Below, one piece after another: positions 6,871 to 12,095 of a stretch of DNA of 12,095 nt (position 1 is its first letter; the number at the start of each line of letters is the position of its first letter). The DNA lies in the NCBI GenBank assembly GCA_018238625.1, contig JABCSY010000114.1:1-12095 (forward strand), read 5' to 3'. Below the pieces are notes generated by a model. The model made no database searches and had not been told where the DNA came from. It saw only the letters and a list, made by a program, of their open reading frames with translations. Both the position numbers and the translations under genes were made by a program. This DNA comes from Promethearchaeota archaeon (GTDB lineage Archaea; Asgardarchaeota; Lokiarchaeia; Sigyniarchaeales; SOKP01).

Positions 6871-7641
6871 CTATAATAAAGCTAAGCTTAAAAACATAAA
6901 AAACATTCCTGCTATGATTCCTAAAATGGATAGATGTTCGTTTCCAAAAATGCGAGAAGCGGGAAGTAATTCATCTAACGAAATATAGACCATAAATCCT
7001 CCGACAATCGCTAACATTGCTCCTAATAAAAGGTCATTGACAAATGGAAAAAGAATTAAGCCAAAAACGAGAGCTCCTATTGGTTCACTGATTCCAGAAA
7101 AAAACGACCAAAAGAAAGCTTTTTTTCTACTTTTAGTCGATGTGTATATAGGAATAGCTACGGCAATACCTTCAGGAATGTTATGGAGTGCGATAGCAAA
7201 CGCCAATAAAAATCCAAGCTCAACATCCTTTAAGGTACCCGCAAAGGTAACCATTCCTTCTGGGAAATTATGAATAAACACTCCTAGCGTAATTAATAGG
7301 GAAGTTCTTCTAAAATTAACGCTCTCTATGGATTTTCCTTTTTTTTCTTTTGATTTTGGTTCTTCAAATTCATAAATATGTGAAATAGAGACGTCAATTA
7401 AGAACATTAATCCCATTCCTAAAAAGAAAAATAAATGCCCTAGAATAAACCCGCTAGAGTCTATTCCTTGTTGTAATAATTCTACAAATGAAACTAGTAC
7501 CATCACTCCCGCTGAAAAACCCATAATAAGCGAAATAAATTTTGAGCTAGGCTTTTTAACTAAAATCGCAATAAAACTACCGATCGTTGTTGAAAGTCCT
7601 GCAATTAAAGTTAAGACAAGAGCAAGTACAAAAGATTCCAT
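6871..7641 (-). CDS. zupT: ZIP-family divalent metal transporter (ZupT/GufA type)
   Basis: Multiple hydrophobic helices; signature HNFPEG and HNIPEG, SGISEPIGA and ELLP. Confidence 0.93.
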   Translation of the reverse strand: MESFVLALVLTLIAGLSTTIGSFIAILVKKPSSKFISLIMGFSAGVMVLVSFVELLQQGIDSSGFILGHLFFFLGMGLMFLIDVSISHIYEFEEPKSKEKKGKSIESVNFRRTSLLITLGVFIHNFPEGMVTFAGTLKDVELGFLLAFAIALHNIPEGIAVAIPIYTSTKSRKKAFFWSFFSGISEPIGALVFGLILFPFVNDLLLGAMLAIVGGFMVYISLDELLPASRIFGNEHLSILGIIAGMFFMFLSLALL

Positions 7642-7703
7642 TTTTAATCCACTTTCTATGTTATTTTGTATGTTGTAATTATGTAATATTATTATTAAGA
7701 ATA

Positions 7704-8348
7704 TTAAAAGTTTTTATCAATCCAATCTTCAAATTTTATCTTTCTGAGTTGTTCTGCCCAAAGTACCTTGATATTGGGTTCGTCAGGAAGCAAGTTTTGA
7801 TTTTTTAAAAGTTCATAAAGTTTCTCGAGGGCTTTTTCGACTAAAATACCGTACAGATTAGTTTTTTCTTCGTAAATACCAAGTTTCTTTTTAACCTCTT
7901 CCTTGGTATCACTAATAACTTTTACCCAACTCTCCGCAAATTTTAAAACGTATTCTTCCATATCGTTTAAGCTTTCCATAGTAAATATTGGAAAAGTTAC
8001 TATGTACTTGTCTTCCTGTAATTTAACTAAATTGTACCATTCTAAATTTAACAAGTGATTTTTGATTGTTTCTTTAGTCCATTGATAATTTAGCTTACAT
8101 TCGTACTCTTCTTTTGATATTATCAGAGGTTTAGGTGAAAATTTAAGCGTTTCATACAACTCTTCGAATGTTTTTGGACTTTTAGCGAGTATAATTAGAA
8201 TTTCTCTTCTTACTTTATTATCCAGAACCCAAGGAACTTCTGACTCGTCCCAAGGTTGCGTTGTTCCAAAATCAAACCAAGGTTCAATCTCATCGACGTT
8301 AATTTTCCCTCTAAAACGGTAATTCTGGTACTTCGTGTTCTCTTTCAT
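7704..8348 (-). CDS. Winged helix-turn-helix (ArsR-like) domain protein, putative regulator
   Basis: LDNKVRREILIILAKSPKTFEEL ... TIKNHLLNLEWYNLVK pattern; SD AGGAGG upstream of the ATG. Confidence 0.65.
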   Translation of the reverse strand: MKENTKYQNYRFRGKINVDEIEPWFDFGTTQPWDESEVPWVLDNKVRREILIILAKSPKTFEELYETLKFSPKPLIISKEEYECKLNYQWTKETIKNHLLNLEWYNLVKLQEDKYIVTFPIFTMESLNDMEEYVLKFAESWVKVISDTKEEVKKKLGIYEEKTNLYGILVEKALEKLYELLKNQNLLPDEPNIKVLWAEQLRKIKFEDWIDKNF

Positions 8349-8402
8349 CCTTTCCTCCTTCCCTCTTACATTAATATTTATCCATCTATAATTAAATTTT
8401 CC

Positions 8403-8921
8403 CTATAATACTTCAAGTATTTCTGGGAGCAATAGCCATCCTTTTCTTTCGTGAATAACATTCCCTTGTTCGTCAATAACAAATTGTCCTGGACCCTGTT
8501 TCTCCCAACCTTCAAACTCACCGTGTTTAAGTCCTAATTTCCCAGCTTCCTTCAATTTGCTTCTAACTTTTGTTACTGCACCAGCGGTCATTAATCCTAA
8601 TCCGTATTCTTGGTATAACTCCTCTTTCGTTGATGGTATTACAGGAAAGTCAATTTTATATTTTTCAATAAACTCTTTAGCGACTTTTTCGCCAGATTGA
8701 GTTACATAAAGCAATTTTACTCCTTTACTTTTAATTTCAGCGACTTTTTCCATTAATATGTTCAAATCCAATTGACAAATTGGACATCCAAAGTATCTTG
8801 AGAAAATCAAGATAATCTTTTCTTTTCCTATCAATTCTCCTAAATCAATCGTTCCAGCGTTGTAGGAATCAATTTTGAACAAAGGAGCTTTATCTCCTTC
8901 CTTTATTTTATTCTTACCCAT
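8403..8921 (-). CDS. Peroxiredoxin-like AhpC/TSA (redoxin) family protein with CxxC
   Basis: GDKAPLF N-terminus, FSRYFGCPICQ, and GQFVIDEQGNVI. Confidence 0.88.
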   Translation of the reverse strand: MGKNKIKEGDKAPLFKIDSYNAGTIDLGELIGKEKIILIFSRYFGCPICQLDLNILMEKVAEIKSKGVKLLYVTQSGEKVAKEFIEKYKIDFPVIPSTKEELYQEYGLGLMTAGAVTKVRSKLKEAGKLGLKHGEFEGWEKQGPGQFVIDEQGNVIHERKGWLLLPEILEVL

Positions 8922-8966
8922 TTTTAATTTTCACTTTTCTTTCTTATTACCTTAAATTTGATTTAA

Positions 8967-9938
8967 TTATAATTCTACTTCCTCTTGAAGCATTGCTTCT
9001 ATAAGAACATCTGTTGCTTCTTCTTCGGATAAACCCTTAGCCATAAGCTCATCTAACCATTTTTGTGGAAACCTTCCTAAAGAAGCTTCGTGCGAAACGC
9101 TTGAAGTTGGGTCGGTAGCTCTAATGAAAGGACGAGCTCTACATATTGAACCATGTCCAAGAACAATCTCGCTACATTCAACGTGACCGTTACAGTAAGG
9201 TGCATTTCCTTCTGTAATTCCATACATTAAAACTTCCCCTCCATCCTTTGCGGCAGCTTTCATTTTAATAACGCTTCTAGCATTTTCTCCTTCGAGAAAA
9301 ACTGAATCTCGAATTCTTATTGAGTCTTTAATATTTTTTCCAAAAGCTTTAACATTTGATCTAATAACGCTATTCTTCATTGCGTAAATGTCAATTAATA
9401 TTTTAACCCTACCTGGGGTTCCTTTGGTAAGATTAAAGTTATTTTCAAAGACGCTATTTTCTCCAACATAAATATAATTTACGGGAGCAACTAAAGCTCC
9501 ACTCTTTTCACCATGGTAATGGGTTTCACTATATGTAAAATTACAATTTTTCCCGATGTAATAATGACCAAACATTTTGTGAATTAACCCGTTTGCGTTT
9601 GGAAAGCTACAATGAGCTTGAATTTTTACGTCTGTATTATCTTCGGCTATAATTCTTGGAAAAATCTCTTGAACCCCGGTCTCCTTATTTATTCCAAAAC
9701 ATAAGTGAATGGGTTCTTCAAGCTTAGTTCCTTCTTTTATAACGACATCAGCAACTATTCCATTTGGAATTTCGCGCCCCTTTATTACTATTCCCTCAAC
9801 TTGTTCGATCCCGGATATTTTGTTAAAGTCTAATAAGAGTTTGGCGCCTTTGCCGTGCCCCGGTAAAAAATCTCGAATATCTATGTTATAATCTTCAAGA
9901 CTTTGTAATATATCTTCAGGATAATCGCCATTTTTCAT
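8967..9938 (-). CDS. sufB: SufB/SufD-family Fe-S scaffold (SmsB-type)
   Basis: PIHLCFG, AHCSFPN, GHVECSEI, HEASLGR and LMAKGLSEEEA; short archaeal-type form; ATGA overlap with the upstream ATPase gene. Confidence 0.88.
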   Translation of the reverse strand: MKNGDYPEDILQSLEDYNIDIRDFLPGHGKGAKLLLDFNKISGIEQVEGIVIKGREIPNGIVADVVIKEGTKLEEPIHLCFGINKETGVQEIFPRIIAEDNTDVKIQAHCSFPNANGLIHKMFGHYYIGKNCNFTYSETHYHGEKSGALVAPVNYIYVGENSVFENNFNLTKGTPGRVKILIDIYAMKNSVIRSNVKAFGKNIKDSIRIRDSVFLEGENARSVIKMKAAAKDGGEVLMYGITEGNAPYCNGHVECSEIVLGHGSICRARPFIRATDPTSSVSHEASLGRFPQKWLDELMAKGLSEEEATDVLIEAMLQEEVEL

Positions 9939-10732
9939 GACAAGCCCTCTTCTTTAAATATTCTATCAATATAATCGTCATCAAAGCAAACTGCTCCATT
10001 TTTGTACAAAGTTCTTTTGCAAAACTCTTTAAGCCCTGCCTTAGCACAATATCTAAGCATTACTTTCGGAAACACGTCAGTAATAATATGGTCGCCACGC
10101 CATAACAATGTTCCATAATCTGCTACCATCCCAATGTCTTCGCGATGAGTTATCAATAAGATCGTCATGTTTAGCTTTTTAATCTTTTCAAAAATATTCA
10201 TAAAGTCCTCCAGCACTATAAAATCTAAACCGCTGTCAGGTTCGTCCAATATAATTAGTCGGGGCTCCATTGCGATAGCTGCAGCCAATTCTACTCTCTT
10301 TCTTTCTCCTCCGCTTAGTGATTCGTCAATAGTTCGGTTATAATACCTTTCGGGCTCTAAATTGACGATCTTTAAAGTTTCAACGACTTTCTCTCTTATT
10401 TTTGATTTGTCTTTCATACCCAAGGAAATGTATTTATGCACAGATAAACCGTCGATTCTCGCAGGTTCTTGCCATGCTAAAGTAATTCCAAGCCTTGCTC
10501 TTTCAGTTATACTCAAGTTAGTAATGTCAATACCATCGAAGCATATTTTTCCTTTTAACGCTTTATAATCCCCTAATCCCATAATGGTATATGCTAAGGT
10601 TGATTTACCGGAACCATTTGGTCCTATGATAGCGTGAATCGAACCTTCTTTAATTCCAAAAGAAACTTCATTTACAATGACGCACTTCTGGTCAAGAGTT
10701 GGAATTGTTAATTCATTAATTTCTAATAGCAA
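9935..10732 (-). CDS. sufC: SufC-like ABC ATPase (SmsC-type)
   Basis: Walker A GPNGSGKS, LAWQEP Q-loop, LSGGERKR signature, Walker B ILDEPDSGLD, ITH switch; TTG start with GAGG SD. Confidence 0.9.
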   Translation of the reverse strand: MLLEINELTIPTLDQKCVIVNEVSFGIKEGSIHAIIGPNGSGKSTLAYTIMGLGDYKALKGKICFDGIDITNLSITERARLGITLAWQEPARIDGLSVHKYISLGMKDKSKIREKVVETLKIVNLEPERYYNRTIDESLSGGERKRVELAAAIAMEPRLIILDEPDSGLDFIVLEDFMNIFEKIKKLNMTILLITHREDIGMVADYGTLLWRGDHIITDVFPKVMLRYCAKAGLKEFCKRTLYKNGAVCFDDDYIDRIFKEEGLS

Positions 10733-10982
10733 TTAAAAATCCTCGAAATGTCATTATATCTATTATAATCTTATAATTCGTCAAATTTTTAATATTTTAT
10801 TTAAAATATAGAAATATCTGTTTTTTTGAAAAGTTAGCTAAATCAGATCATTAACGATTCATAATAGGTTAATTTTAATATTGATTTGTTTATAATTATA
10901 TAATGTAAGACTTCAAATTGATAATTAAAAAACTAAATTAAAAAAAATTTAATATAATACTATAATCAAATAGGAGATAAGT

Positions 10983-11777
10983 ATGGTAAAAAAGGAATAT
11001 ATATGCGATAAGGGTAAACGAAGCTCAATTATTATAGAAGACCTCAAAACTGAGATAAAGGAAGGGGCTACAATGATTCTGGGGTTTGCGGGGATTGGGC
11101 TCATTGGACCAATCGTATCTAACGCGTTAATTAAGCAAATCCCTGATATAGTTGAAATAGGATTTATCACAAGCGAATATCTCCCTCCTATAAGCGTTTT
11201 TTACGAGGGTGTGCTAAAACATCCATTCAGAATCTATTATTCCCCTAAACATAACCTAATTGTTGGAGTCTCAGAAGTGCCGTTTCAAGTTTCGACCGCT
11301 TATAACGATTTGTCTAAAACTATAAATAATTGGTTATTATCTGACGATGTAAAGGCTAAGGAAGTTGTGATTTTCCAAGGAATACCTCAGCGTGGAATTA
11401 TTGACGATTATCCAATATATTATGCCGCTGAAGCAAATATGATCGACACTTTGGAAAAATATGGGATTAAGAAAGTAGAGAAGGGAATCATTGTAGGTCC
11501 AGAAGCAACCATATTAAACGAAGCATTATCAAGTAGATTAAACGCGTACGCATTATTCGCTCCCGTGTTAGAAATACCAACACCAGAGGCTGGCGCGGCA
11601 ATACTAGAGGTGTTAAATGAAATTTATAGTTTGAACATAGAAACATCCAAATTAATTGAGGAAGGGAAGGAGATTAAAGCGAAGATGCTCGAGCTGGCTG
11701 AGAAGGCGCAGCAGTACCAACAGCAACAACAAGTAGGGGAACCTAAAGAAGGGGGATATAATAAATATTATCTATAA
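10983..11777 (+). CDS. PAC2-family proteasome assembly chaperone homologue (Pba-like)
   Basis: GFAGIGLIGPI, HPFRIY, PTPEAGAAILEVL and LIEEGKEIK; SD AGGAGA; C-terminal YYL. Confidence 0.88.
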   Translation: MVKKEYICDKGKRSSIIIEDLKTEIKEGATMILGFAGIGLIGPIVSNALIKQIPDIVEIGFITSEYLPPISVFYEGVLKHPFRIYYSPKHNLIVGVSEVPFQVSTAYNDLSKTINNWLLSDDVKAKEVVIFQGIPQRGIIDDYPIYYAAEANMIDTLEKYGIKKVEKGIIVGPEATILNEALSSRLNAYALFAPVLEIPTPEAGAAILEVLNEIYSLNIETSKLIEEGKEIKAKMLELAEKAQQYQQQQQVGEPKEGGYNKYYL

Positions 11778-11923
11778 ATCTAATTTTGTTAGTAATCACA
11801 TTTTTTCTACTATTTTTATTATGTATCGTGTAAAAGTTAGGTAATAATAATTTATAAAAATTAATTTTATTATTCTTGGGCAATTTTTCTTAGTGAATCA
11901 ACAGTAATAAGAGGTAAATTCTC

Positions 11924-12095
11924 ATTAAGGAAAAATTCATTCCAATTCAAATTAACCAAGAGCTTTGTATGCGCTGCGAGAGATGTTTGAAAGCGTGTAG
12001 GAGCGACGCAATTTACTTTGATCATTCAGTTAGGCTTGTGGATTATTCTAAATGTAAAGGATGCTTATCGTGTGTTCAAGTTTGTCCTCGAAATG
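11924..12095 (+). CDS. 2x[4Fe-4S] ferredoxin-domain protein, 5' part (runs off the right edge)
   Basis: Translation KEKFIPIQINQELCMRCERCLKACRSDAIYFDHSVRLVDYSKCKGCLSCVQVCPRN contains two CxxCxxCxxxC motifs. Start inferred at ATT 11924, 8 nt after GAGGT. Not in the ORF track. Confidence 0.85.
   Translation, partial: MKEKFIPIQINQELCMRCERCLKACRSDAIYFDHSVRLVDYSKCKGCLSCVQVCPRN

Noticed and set aside
7037-7808. ORFs 7037-7273 and 7587-7808 (+)
   Set aside because: Antisense to zupT and the wHTH gene; no independent support.
8403-8921. Selenocysteine-containing peroxiredoxin-like protein
   Set aside because: Both CxxC codons are TGT, there is no in-frame TGA, and I see no convincing SECIS.
9709-10568. 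ORFs 9709-9891 and 10362-10568 (+)
   Set aside because: Antisense shadows of sufB and sufC.
10949-11170. ORF 10949-11170 (-)
   Set aside because: Antisense to the well-supported PAC2 gene.
1-12095. tRNA, rRNA, transposase or integrase genes
   Set aside because: None recognisable; intergenic regions are short and AT-rich, and no ORF carries DDE or tyrosine/serine recombinase motifs.

Overview
AT-rich prokaryotic window. Gene content (PAC2 proteasome chaperone, two-gene SufC/SufB system, SIR2-TPR, archaeal-style promoters) suggests an archaeon, probably Asgard/Lokiarchaeia-like; this is inference. The left half holds the main discovery: a ~4.1 kb integrase-less island (430-4562) inserted in the 3' end of a gene that precedes a metallopeptidase-vWA gene. 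It is bounded by a 12-bp in-phase direct repeat and a diverged duplication of the gene1-end/vWA-start junction. Its cargo is a SIR2-like NADase fused to ten near-identical 40-aa TPR repeats, a beta-propeller protein and a small winged-helix fragment, which together look like a defence cassette. The right half is more housekeeping: a minus-strand cluster sufC-sufB (SMS-type), peroxiredoxin-like protein, wHTH protein and zupT; a small hypothetical gene; a PAC2/Pba protein ending in an HbYX motif; and a partial 2x[4Fe-4S] ferredoxin-domain gene, missed by the ORF track, with no canonical start codon.
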